From positions 1 through 64,000 of IMG/VR virus record IMGVR_UViG_3300021254_000033: a DNA stretch of 64,000 nt; one strand, given 5' to 3'. The DNA is from a virus (taxonomy: Duplodnaviria; Caudoviricetes). The position numbers and the translations under genes are program-made. Below the pieces are notes generated by a model, which did no database searches, was not told the DNA's origin, and worked only from the letters and a program-made list of their open reading frames with translations. The stretch's first letter is position 1. Every line of letters begins with the position of its first letter. Shown here piece by piece: positions 1 to 6,752 of this stretch.

Positions 1-6
1 CTATAA

Positions 7-369
7 CTAACCCGCGGTGTATCCCTTCTGGGTTCCCTTCTTCGGAACCTTCACGTCCTGCACACAAGCCCAGCCCTTCGCTACTGCCTGTCTCAGGAGA
101 GCACTCGCAGCCTGTACCTTAACTTCGGCGCCTTCCAGTTCGGTCAGCTCGGCCGCAATGACGGTAGCAGTCTTCGGTTCTGCGGTCAGCATATCGGCTA
201 CCTGGCGAATCCGCGGTTCCTTCTCCTTAGCCTTGATAGCTGCCTTCTCTTTTCTCTTCTCATTCGTCGCGTCCATCTGCATCAGCTGTCTTTCAGCGTA
301 TTCTCTCATTTCGTTGGTGATGGTTTCTTCGTTGATGATGGCGTTGTAGAATTCTCTCATAGTCTTCAT
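7..369 (-). CDS. Small protein, N-terminal helical/coiled region plus C-terminal winged-HTH-like domain; paralog of 4399..4743
   Basis: RBS AGAAAGAGG upstream; shares REFY.AI.N, MDA.NE.RK.K and VK(V/I)PK.G motifs with 4399..4743. Confidence 0.85.
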   Translation of the reverse strand: MKTMREFYNAIINEETITNEMREYAERQLMQMDATNEKRKEKAAIKAKEKEPRIRQVADMLTAEPKTATVIAAELTELEGAEVKVQAASALLRQAVAKGWACVQDVKVPKKGTQKGYTAG

Positions 370-455
370 ATTGTTCCTCTTTCTCCGACAGTGAAGCCGT
401 CGGCGCTACTTTTTTACTTGAGAGAGTCAGTATCTCTCTCTCACTTTCTATATAT

Positions 456-484
456 AGTATACTAAAGATTTAATGAAAAATAAA
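456..484 (-). promoter_or_regulatory. Probable sigmaA promoter (weak -35)
   Basis: -10 TATACT followed by ATATATAGAAA as in other promoters of this phage; -35 only TTTATT. Confidence 0.5.
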
Positions 485-786
485 ATTTTGGAGCTGTTTT
501 TTAGAATTTGATTTTCGGAAAGTTTTGCAGCTGCGGGAAGGAAAAATTTGGGAATTCTGGGAAACGCAGCTGCAGCTGTTTTTTTGACAAAAATAAAAAT
601 TTGCAGCCGCTCAAGATTTGCAGCTGCTACGAAAATTTGTAGCTGTTTTAAAATTTGATTTCTGGTAAATTTTGGGCGCCCGGGCACTTCGTGCACGACC
701 ATGATCTATGATCTAGGAAGATTTCGTGGAAAGAAATTCCTGGAAAATTCTGGTTGGAATAAAATTTGAAAAATGGGAAAATTTGG
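482..786. repeat. Degenerate direct repeats AAAATTT(T)GCAGCTG in a non-coding gap
   Basis: Copies near 482, 519, 597, 613, 632; GCAGCTGCAGCTG at 566; further AAAATTTG units to 786. Confidence 0.7.
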
Positions 787-822
787 CGGCCCGGGCAAAG
801 TTAGTTTTGGGCAACACTAAGT

Positions 823-853
823 AAAAAAAAGAAGACGATTATTAATCGTCTTC
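823..853 (-). terminator. Intrinsic terminator
   Basis: GAAGACGATT-3-AATCGTCTTC stem, T8 tail on minus strand. Confidence 0.85.
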
Positions 854-997
854 CCATTCGTCGAAGTTTGGGTCTTCCCATGGATAACTGTCTTCATCCA
901 CTCCCAGACCGCACCAGTAACGACAATCATCGCCACCGATAGCATTATATGGACATTCGCCGTAATCACATGGAGTATCTTTCTTACCATACATCAT
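842..997 (-). CDS. 51 aa Cys-rich acidic peptide (MMYGKKDTPCDYGECPYNAIGGDDCRYWCGLG...), below the ORF-track cutoff
   Basis: Manual translation; start overlaps the end of 984..1139; stop lies in the terminator. Confidence 0.7.
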   Translation of the reverse strand: MMYGKKDTPCDYGECPYNAIGGDDCRYWCGLGVDEDSYPWEDPNFDEWEDD

Positions 998-1139
998 CTT
1001 CATCTTCCTCTCTTTCTACACTATAGTAATAATAATCTGTGCATTCATCTTCGGGGTCGCCAATTACACATTCATAAGTTACGTCTACGCAGTAAGGACA
1101 TTCTATATCTGCGGTGGGACAGTAGTATGTTTTTCTCAT
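984..1139 (-). CDS. 51 aa Cys-rich acidic peptide (MRKTYYCPTADIECPYCVDVTYECVIGDPEDEC...)
   Basis: Manual translation; RBS AAGGAAAGGAG and consensus promoter directly upstream. Confidence 0.8.
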   Translation of the reverse strand: MRKTYYCPTADIECPYCVDVTYECVIGDPEDECTDYYYYSVEREEDEDDVW

Positions 1140-1172
1140 TTGAACTATCTCCTTTCCTTATCTTGTATACAT

Positions 1173-1201
1173 AGTATAACACAAAACATTATGATTGTCA
1201 A
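1173..1201 (-). promoter_or_regulatory. sigmaA promoter
   Basis: TTGACA-17-TATACT with extended TG. Confidence 0.9.
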
Positions 1202-1262
1202 CCCCTTTTAAAAATTTTTTTTTCGCGCCCGGGTGGCGGTTAGCCTCGACTAACTCTCGTTC

Positions 1263-1284
1263 AAAAAAAAGAGGGTCACCCCTC
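1263..1284 (-). terminator. Intrinsic terminator
   Basis: GAGGG-GTGA-CCCTC plus T8. Confidence 0.8.
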
Positions 1285-1635
1285 TCTTTCTGCCTTGGCT
1301 TTTGCTTTGGCTTCCCGCATTTTACGGTCACGCTCCTGCTTCTTCGCCTTGGCTTCGGCGTTGGCTTTCGCCTTTTCCTCTTTCGCTTTCAGTTTGAGGG
1401 CGTAGTCCTCAGCCATAGCGTAACCATCATAGGGGTCGCCATCACGAGAACCGATAGGCATCTTGAAGGTGAGGACGAGGAAATCTTCTTCTCCATCCGC
1501 ACGTACTACGGGAATAGCATATTCGTTGGAGCCTACCAACAGAACTTCTTCCCCTCTTTCCTCAAGGAAGTTGCCGATAATCAGCATGAATTGGGAACGC
1601 ATATTATCTCTTGCCTGTTTTGTGGATTTTGCCAT
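1276..1635 (-). CDS. Hypothetical protein with charged C-terminal tail; paralog of 3066..3422
   Basis: Shared K.P.GSRDG(D/E)PYDGY.MAE(D/E)Y motif; RBS AAGGAAAGGAG. Confidence 0.9.
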   Translation of the reverse strand: MAKSTKQARDNMRSQFMLIIGNFLEERGEEVLLVGSNEYAIPVVRADGEEDFLVLTFKMPIGSRDGDPYDGYAMAEDYALKLKAKEEKAKANAEAKAKKQERDRKMREAKAKAKAEREG

Positions 1636-1668
1636 AGTGTTTATCTCCTTTCCTTATCTTGTATACAC

Positions 1669-1697
1669 AGTATAACATAGTATTATAAAAAAGTCAA
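1669..1697 (-). promoter_or_regulatory. sigmaA promoter
   Basis: TTGACT-17-TATACT; 36 bp around -10/RBS nearly identical to the 1173 promoter. Confidence 0.9.
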
Positions 1698-1799
1698 CCC
1701 TTTTTCCGAAAAAAGTTTAAGTATTTTTTCTGCATATATGTGATCTATGATCGTAGACGGCGGCCCGGGCGCCACCTACGAAGAAAGTCGCATATGGGT

Positions 1800-2444
1800 T
1801 TATACCCATAAACGACCATCAACTTCTTCGTTATTCTCAAAACAAAAACGCATGATTTCCTTTTCAATCAGAACATCTTCCAGTCCTTTGTGTTCTTCAA
1901 CAAAATTATTATCGCCAGAAATGAATCTGTAAAGAACTTCTGCGGTGTACTTCCGACAGTTTCGGGAAGTTAAATAGTTATTCTCATGACAGAACTTTCC
2001 ATACTCATCATTTTTTTTCAAAACTTTTCTTGCCATCTTCAGAGTATCCCACCATTCAACTCCATAGGGGAGGAAGAAACGATATTTTGAAGAGGTCAAA
2101 AAGCGTTGAGTAAGATTCAAAGAGTGATAATCAAATTTTGCATTATGAGCAAAAACTTTTTTGATATTGTACTGTTTACAAATATCATAGATGATAAAGC
2201 GAATTGTCTTAAATCTCCGAAGCAAGCGTTTTCCCTCTTTGATTTCTTCCCAATACTGAGGAATTTTTTCAGAGTAGTAGGCGCTACTCATCAGCTCCTT
2301 ATCTAAAAATACGTCAGCCACAACGTAGCTATGACTTTCATAGACGTTAGCGTTTTTGTCAATAACTGCAAAACCGATGTCATAACAAATAGGGTCATCA
2401 AGAGAATTAGTTGTTTCAGTGTCAATGATTAAGTATTTTTCCAT
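1800..2444 (-). CDS. DEDDh 3'-5' exonuclease family protein
   Basis: Motifs IIDTETT, AHNAKFD, WDTL, HKGLEDV. Confidence 0.9.
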   Translation of the reverse strand: MEKYLIIDTETTNSLDDPICYDIGFAVIDKNANVYESHSYVVADVFLDKELMSSAYYSEKIPQYWEEIKEGKRLLRRFKTIRFIIYDICKQYNIKKVFAHNAKFDYHSLNLTQRFLTSSKYRFFLPYGVEWWDTLKMARKVLKKNDEYGKFCHENNYLTSRNCRKYTAEVLYRFISGDNNFVEEHKGLEDVLIEKEIMRFCFENNEEVDGRLWV

Positions 2445-2477
2445 TTTTTCGTTTTCCTTTCTTTATCTTATGTATAC

Positions 2478-2506
2478 ATTATAATATATAGAAAGAGAAA
2501 AGTCAA
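2478..2506 (-). promoter_or_regulatory. sigmaA promoter
   Basis: TTGACT-17-TATAAT. Confidence 0.9.
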
Positions 2507-2568
2507 CCCCTTTTTTCAAGTATTTAAAAAAAATATATGCGACCCATCCCGCACATCGGCGCCCGGGC

Positions 2569-2592
2569 AAAAGGTTGCCTAATCAGACAACC
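2569..2592 (-). terminator. Intrinsic terminator
   Basis: GGTTGTCT-GATT-AGGCAACC (one G:U) plus TTTT. Confidence 0.7.
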
Positions 2593-2758
2593 AATCAACT
2601 CCATCATATTTATCTATTACTTCTTCATCCATAAGTGCAGTGCAGTAAAAGTCAAAAGGACAACTTGAACACGCATTCCATTCATCATTTTCATGACACG
2701 CCTCTTTTATTAGTTTCATTCCCTGTATCATTTTTTCTTGCCAAGTCTTTTTAAACAT
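2579..2758 (-). CDS. 59 aa Cys-cluster protein (C-x8-C-x2-CPF-x3-C)
   Basis: Manual translation MFKKTWQEKMIQGMKLIKEACHENDEWNACSSCPFDFYCTALM...; RBS GGAGAAAG. Confidence 0.75.
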   Translation of the reverse strand: MFKKTWQEKMIQGMKLIKEACHENDEWNACSSCPFDFYCTALMDEEVIDKYDGVDWLSD

Positions 2759-2786
2759 CTTTCTTTCTCCTTTTTATTGTTTTACT

Positions 2787-2951
2787 TTATAAAATCTTAA
2801 TAAGAATATAATACATTACCAGTATCTCAAACCATCCGCATAAAATAAACCAACGACCAATTCGTTCAAAAAAATTACAGTTTTGATACACATACTCTTT
2901 TCCGTAATTATGTATATCCATGAAATATAGAATAATGGTTAACAAGAACAT
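2787..2951 (-). CDS. 54 aa hydrophobic, probably membrane peptide (start reassigned to MFLLTII)
   Basis: RBS AAAGGAG before ATG at 2951; the track's 3008 start lies inside the promoter. Confidence 0.7.
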   Translation of the reverse strand: MFLLTIILYFMDIHNYGKEYVYQNCNFFERIGRWFILCGWFEILVMYYILIKIL

Positions 2952-2979
2952 TTTTTTTCTCCTTTCTTTTTCTATATAT

Positions 2980-3008
2980 AATATACCACATTTAATTGTC
3001 CTTGTCAA
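2980..3008 (-). promoter_or_regulatory. sigmaA promoter
   Basis: TTGACA-17-TATATT, extended TG. Confidence 0.85.
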
Positions 3009-3055
3009 CCCCTTTTAAAAAAATTTTCTGGCGCCCGGTCCGCCCAATAAATGGA

Positions 3056-3080
3056 AAACGAGAGATTAATTCTCTCGTTT
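3056..3080 (-). terminator. Hairpin/terminator overlapping stop codon
   Basis: AAACGAGAGA-5-TCTCTCGTTT. Confidence 0.65.
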
Positions 3081-3422
3081 CTTTTTCATTTCCTGTTTTT
3101 TTTCTCTAATTTTTTTATCCCTTTCAACCTTTTTTCTTTTTGCCTCTTCTTTCTCCTTTCTCTTTTCCTCTTTTGTTTTTAACTTAATCTGATATTCTTC
3201 TGCCATAGAATATCCATCGTAAGGTTCGCCATCTCTTGAACCTGTTGGAACCTTTACAACAATCTGAATAAACTTTTCGTTCTGTTCAGAGTCAACACAT
3301 GGAATCGCAATCTCGTTAGTGCCTGTGCGAAGAACCTCGTCGTCATTTTCTAACAGTTCGATAATTTTAGTCAGATACTCTTCACGAAGAGTATCATTTA
3401 ATTTCTTCTGAGAAACTGCCAT
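3066..3422 (-). CDS. Hypothetical protein; paralog of 1276..1635
   Basis: VKVPTGSRDGEPYDGYSMAEEY motif; K/E-rich tail. Confidence 0.9.
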   Translation of the reverse strand: MAVSQKKLNDTLREEYLTKIIELLENDDEVLRTGTNEIAIPCVDSEQNEKFIQIVVKVPTGSRDGEPYDGYSMAEEYQIKLKTKEEKRKEKEEAKRKKVERDKKIREKKQEMKKKREN

Positions 3423-3436
3423 TTTAACACTCCTTT

Positions 3437-3685
3437 CTAACGTTCGTTTAACTGTTCATAAAGTTTGGAAATAGTTGTTAAAAGTACCTGTTTTCTTTTG
3501 GTTTCAAAAGCGATACCATTTTCAATCCATTCTTCAATGGGTTCTCCATTTCTTTGACATCTTTTGTATTCTGTTTTATACCATTTCAAATCTTCTTCTG
3601 TATCATTCAGATATGATTTTACATAATCATAAATACAAGATAAAGTTTCTGCCTCAATAATTACGTTATCAAATTCAGTGACCAT
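3437..3685 (-). CDS. Hypothetical protein (82 aa)
   Basis: RBS AAGGAAGGAG; promoter upstream. Confidence 0.8.
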   Translation of the reverse strand: MVTEFDNVIIEAETLSCIYDYVKSYLNDTEEDLKWYKTEYKRCQRNGEPIEEWIENGIAFETKRKQVLLTTISKLYEQLNER

Positions 3686-3714
3686 TTTTTTCTCCTTCCT
3701 TATTTTCTATATAA

Positions 3715-3743
3715 ATTGTACCACAGAATAAAAGGAATGTCAA
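3715..3743 (-). promoter_or_regulatory. sigmaA promoter
   Basis: TTGACA-17-TACAAT, extended TG. Confidence 0.85.
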
Positions 3744-3898
3744 CTATTTTTTTTATTTTTTCTAAAAAAATTATAACAAAAATTTTTTAAAAAATCAAAT
3801 AATTTTTTCTTTAATACTTTACTATAGTGAAGTGCGCGCCCGGGCAGTTAGCAAGAGACAACTCTCTTGCTAACCGTCTTAGAAGGAAAGGAAATTAT

Positions 3899-4225
3899 TT
3901 AATTTTCTTCAATGTTTTCTATATCATAAATATCATCAAAACATTCTCTACTTGGTGGCGTCATTCCTGACCAGAATTTTCTTTCTGCTTCCTCTTTTGT
4001 TTTTGCTTTAATTTTACAATAACCAGAGAAATCAATATACCATTCTTTTTCCTCTAAATAATCATACTCTTTTAATGCGTCGAGATTGTTTACAAGTGCA
4101 TATTCTACAATATCTTTTGCTGTAGTCCACGCAATATAATTTTCTTGACTACAATTATCTATTCTTGCATTTAAGATATGAATTAAAGTGTCAACAACTT
4201 CGGAAGAGATTCTTGTATACTTCAT
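3899..4225 (-). CDS. Hypothetical protein (start probably MKYTR)
   Basis: RBS AAAGGA; promoter upstream. Confidence 0.8.
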   Translation of the reverse strand: MKYTRISSEVVDTLIHILNARIDNCSQENYIAWTTAKDIVEYALVNNLDALKEYDYLEEKEWYIDFSGYCKIKAKTKEEAERKFWSGMTPPSRECFDDIYDIENIEEN

Positions 4226-4263
4226 AATTATCATTCCTTTCTTTTTCCTCTTTGATTATCTAT

Positions 4264-4292
4264 AGTATACCACAGTAAAATCATTTTGTCAA
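4264..4292 (-). promoter_or_regulatory. sigmaA promoter
   Basis: TTGACA-17-TATACT, extended TG. Confidence 0.9.
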
Positions 4293-4356
4293 TAGAAAAA
4301 ATAATGTATTTTATTTCCATTGCGTCCGGGCGGGTTAGCGACGGCTAACTCAACCT

Positions 4357-4387
4357 AAAAAAAGAAAGGACGCATATAGCGTCCTTT
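4357..4387 (-). terminator. Intrinsic terminator
   Basis: AAAGGACGC-5-GCGTCCTTT plus T-tract. Confidence 0.85.
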
Positions 4388-4398
4388 TTCCCGAAAGA

Positions 4399-4743
4399 CT
4401 ACACAATCTTGTAAGCCTTTCTCTTTCCGACTTTCGGAATCTTCACTTCTTCAACTGTCAGTTTTCCTTCAGCAACCAACTGACGAGCAAGAGCACCTGC
4501 CTTGTTGTGAGTAATATCGAGAGCCAAACCGAGGTCAGTTTCCGTCATAGCGTTACCTACTTCAGTGAGGTGAGTGAGGATTGCTTCCTTGATAGGAGCG
4601 TTTTCGATAGCAGTCTTGGAAGGCTTAGCCTTTCTTGCTTCGTTGCGAGCATCCATCTTAGCGATTGCTTCAGCTGCGAAAGCCATAACTTCTTCGTTCA
4701 TTGTGCCATTAACGATTGCGGTGTAGAATTCTCTCTGTAACAT
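4399..4743 (-). CDS. Winged-HTH-like DNA-binding protein; paralog of 7..369
   Basis: IL..L.E.G..MT..DL...L......L..EGKL wHTH pattern; RBS AAAGGAAAAGG. Confidence 0.85.
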   Translation of the reverse strand: MLQREFYTAIVNGTMNEEVMAFAAEAIAKMDARNEARKAKPSKTAIENAPIKEAILTHLTEVGNAMTETDLGLALDITHNKAGALARQLVAEGKLTVEEVKIPKVGKRKAYKIV

Positions 4744-4787
4744 AGTTCTTACCTTTTCCTTTCTGTTTTTCTTTATCTTACATACTT

Positions 4788-4816
4788 ATTATAACATGGA
4801 TTCGGAAGTTTGTCAA
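4788..4816 (-). promoter_or_regulatory. sigmaA promoter
   Basis: TTGACA-17-TATAAT, extended TG. Confidence 0.9.
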
Positions 4817-4882
4817 CCCTTTTTTTAATTTTTTTATTTTTTTCTTTCGGCTGACGTTTTCCTTTCCTTACCTTGTATATAT

Positions 4883-4911
4883 AATATACCACAATTTTAT
4901 AAATTCGTCAA
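4883..4911 (-). promoter_or_regulatory. Second tandem sigmaA promoter with its own RBS but no ORF
   Basis: TTGACG-17-TATATT followed by AAGGAAAGGAAAACG with no start codon. Confidence 0.75.
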
Positions 4912-5026
4912 CCCTTTTTCAGAAAAAAATTTAAGTATTTTTTTTACGCATATGTGATCTATAAATGTAGAACGCGCCGCCCGGGCACAACGGTTAGTAT
5001 AAACTAACCGCCAACCTTTTACTAAA

Positions 5027-5452
5027 TTAAAATGTTTTTAATACTTCAAGAATATTGTTTACATCATACGCACCCTCACCCCATTCTTTTCTATTCTTTT
5101 CTTCGTCATCAAAAAGGATTCCTTTTCTTCCGATATGTTTCGGAGTGCCATATTCAATAATATCAATGTGGTCAAATCTAACACTTCTTAAATGAATCTG
5201 AAGCCATTCAATTTTTGCTTTTGCAACAGCTCTCTGATATTGAGGTGTAGCCCCTTTACTAAGCCAGCTGACAATACCTAATTTATATCCTTCTCTCTGT
5301 AATCTATTCAGGATTCTTGCGAGAGCTGCTAATCTCAGGAGCGGAGCCGCTTCTGCATACGGTGTAGCATCTTCAGCCATCAATTTTTCCAACCAGTTCG
5401 GAACCCCATATAAATCTGCGATTGTGCCATCCATATCAAACCAAATTGTCAT
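5027..5452 (-). CDS. HAD-family 5'(3')-deoxyribonucleotidase-like protein
   Basis: FDMDGTIADLY motif I, LFDD motif IV. Confidence 0.85.
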   Translation of the reverse strand: MTIWFDMDGTIADLYGVPNWLEKLMAEDATPYAEAAPLLRLAALARILNRLQREGYKLGIVSWLSKGATPQYQRAVAKAKIEWLQIHLRSVRFDHIDIIEYGTPKHIGRKGILFDDEEKNRKEWGEGAYDVNNILEVLKTF

Positions 5453-5482
5453 TTCCTTTATCTCCTTTCCTTTTCTATATAT

Positions 5483-5510
5483 ATTATACCATTACTAAAA
5501 GAAAAGTCAA
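5483..5510 (-). promoter_or_regulatory. sigmaA promoter
   Basis: TTGACT-16-TATAAT. Confidence 0.8.
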
Positions 5511-5609
5511 TACTTTTTTAGAAAGTTTTTCAGAAAATTTTTCTGACTATTCTATGATCGTCGACCACTGCGCCCGGGTGGAACGGTTAGCAAAGCCTAA
5601 CTTTTGTAT

Positions 5610-5637
5610 AAAAAAAATAGACGGCGCGCCGTCTATT
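5610..5637 (-). terminator. Intrinsic terminator
   Basis: AATAGACGG-CGCG-CCGTCTATT plus T8. Confidence 0.85.
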
Positions 5638-5791
5638 CCTCTTCGTCAGATAAAATCCAGTATCTGACATAATATCCATGTCTACCATTAATGAATTTTT
5701 CTGCACCCTCTTTCGTATTAAAATGTTTTATAACAGTTTGTCCTCTCATGACATCATAACCCTTGGCGATATTTTCCAGAATTTTTTCCAT
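5633..5791 (-). CDS. 52 aa hypothetical protein (MEKILENIAKGYDVMRG...)
   Basis: Manual translation; RBS GGAGG. Confidence 0.75.
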   Translation of the reverse strand: MEKILENIAKGYDVMRGQTVIKHFNTKEGAEKFINGRHGYYVRYWILSDEEE

Positions 5792-5803
5792 TATTTTTTC
5801 CTC

Positions 5804-5950
5804 CTACTGAAAAAGTCTAATAAAGATTTCAAAAAAGTTTCCTGTCCAGTACACTGGATTATCAGAAAGATTTTTGGAACAGATTTCCATCCAACTAATT
5901 CCCACCCATACTAAAAAGGCTGTACTTGTTATTGTTAAAAAATTCCGCAT
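5804..5950 (-). CDS. 48 aa membrane peptide (MRNFLTITSTAFLVWVGISWMEI...)
   Basis: Manual translation; hydrophobic N-terminal helix; RBS AGGGGG. Confidence 0.7.
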   Translation of the reverse strand: MRNFLTITSTAFLVWVGISWMEICSKNLSDNPVYWTGNFFEIFIRLFQ

Positions 5951-5955
5951 TATTT

Positions 5956-6126
5956 TTACCCCCTAACATTTTCGAAAATAATTCCGTTATTGATTTCTTT
6001 TTGGGCAATCTGTGCGACTTTATTTTCGCTATATGCACCATAGAACCAAAATTCTCCAGCAACTTCTCTCGCTACGATGAACCTATATTCTCTTGCATAT
6101 TCGGGAAGATTATTGATTTTCTTCAT
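5956..6126 (-). CDS. 56 aa hypothetical protein (MKKINNLPEYAREYRFIVAREVAGEFWFYGAY...)
   Basis: Manual translation; RBS AAGGAAAGG; promoter upstream. Confidence 0.8.
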   Translation of the reverse strand: MKKINNLPEYAREYRFIVAREVAGEFWFYGAYSENKVAQIAQKEINNGIIFENVRG

Positions 6127-6162
6127 TGTTCTGTTCCTTGCCTTTCCTTATTTTCTATAATT

Positions 6163-6191
6163 ATTTTACCACTTTCTTTTCGGGAAGTCAA
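6163..6191 (-). promoter_or_regulatory. sigmaA promoter
   Basis: TTGACT-17-TAAAAT, extended TG. Confidence 0.85.
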
Positions 6192-6334
6192 CCTTTTTTC
6201 TAAAGTTTTTCGGGAAAATTTTCGAAAATTTTTTCGAGTATCGGGATCCGACCGAAATATTTTCTGCGACGCCCGGGCAAAAGGAAGTTATTCCCATAAC
6301 TTTTTTGAGAACCTTCCTTTGACTTATTAATTTT

Positions 6335-6568
6335 CTAAAACATATCTTGGTCAACTACGAAATAATATTCTACCTCGGGAGCAACACAACCATTAAACCA
6401 TTTATTGGGTTTTTCTTTTGTGAGTCTTTCGGCTTCCTTTTCTGCGTCGACTCTGTTCTTTCCTGTGTAGTATGCGAGAAATTCGTCACATCTTCTTTCG
6501 TATTTTGTACCCTCGTTATATACTGTCGGAGTCTTTGCCTTATAACAAATTGCTAACATTTTTTCCAA
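6335..6568 (-). CDS. Hypothetical protein (77 aa)
   Basis: RBS GAAAGGAG. Confidence 0.8.
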   Translation of the reverse strand: MEKMLAICYKAKTPTVYNEGTKYERRCDEFLAYYTGKNRVDAEKEAERLTKEKPNKWFNGCVAPEVEYYFVVDQDMF

Positions 6569-6614
6569 CTCCTTTCTTCTCCTTTTTATTTTTCTTCCTC
6601 TTCTTTCTATAATT

Positions 6615-6643
6615 ATTATACTATAACTTTATATAAAATGCAA
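6615..6643 (-). promoter_or_regulatory. sigmaA promoter
   Basis: TTGCAT-17-TATAAT. Confidence 0.8.
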
Positions 6644-6728
6644 GTATTTTTTTATAATAAAAAGAAAATTATTTAATCAAATTAAAATTAGTCAATGCTA
6701 ACTGCCCGGGCAAAAGCATAAACGAAAC

Positions 6729-6752
6729 GAAGAGAGACTTTAGTCTCTCTTC
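6729..6752 (-). terminator. Hairpin/terminator at stop codon
   Basis: GAAGAGAGACT/AGTCTCTCTTC inverted repeat. Confidence 0.7.

Noticed and set aside
448-702. 84 aa ORF in the repeat-rich gap
   Set aside because: No RBS, the sequence is explained by the repeats, and it runs through a promoter.
1195-1680. Plus-strand ORFs in 1-8 kb (17..349, 1195..1680, 5926..6330, 7626..7925 etc.) and other antisense ORFs in the track
   Set aside because: They are shadows of well-supported opposite-strand genes or cross promoters and terminators, and lack an RBS.
4399-4743. Z-alpha (Z-DNA-binding) domain linked to GCGCGC enrichment
   Set aside because: Resemblance is generic winged-HTH; the Asn, Tyr and Trp that define Z-alpha recognition are absent.
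1239-5601. Classical integron attC sites
   Set aside because: On the gene strand the order is GTT...AAC rather than RYYYAAC...GTTRRRY, the elements are 16-28 bp rather than long imperfect hairpins, and there is no integrase in the window.
678-6711. CRISPR array interpretation of the recurring GCCCGGGC/GTTAG repeats
   Set aside because: Spacing is 110-1000 bp with whole genes in between, the repeats are short and degenerate, and no cas genes are present.
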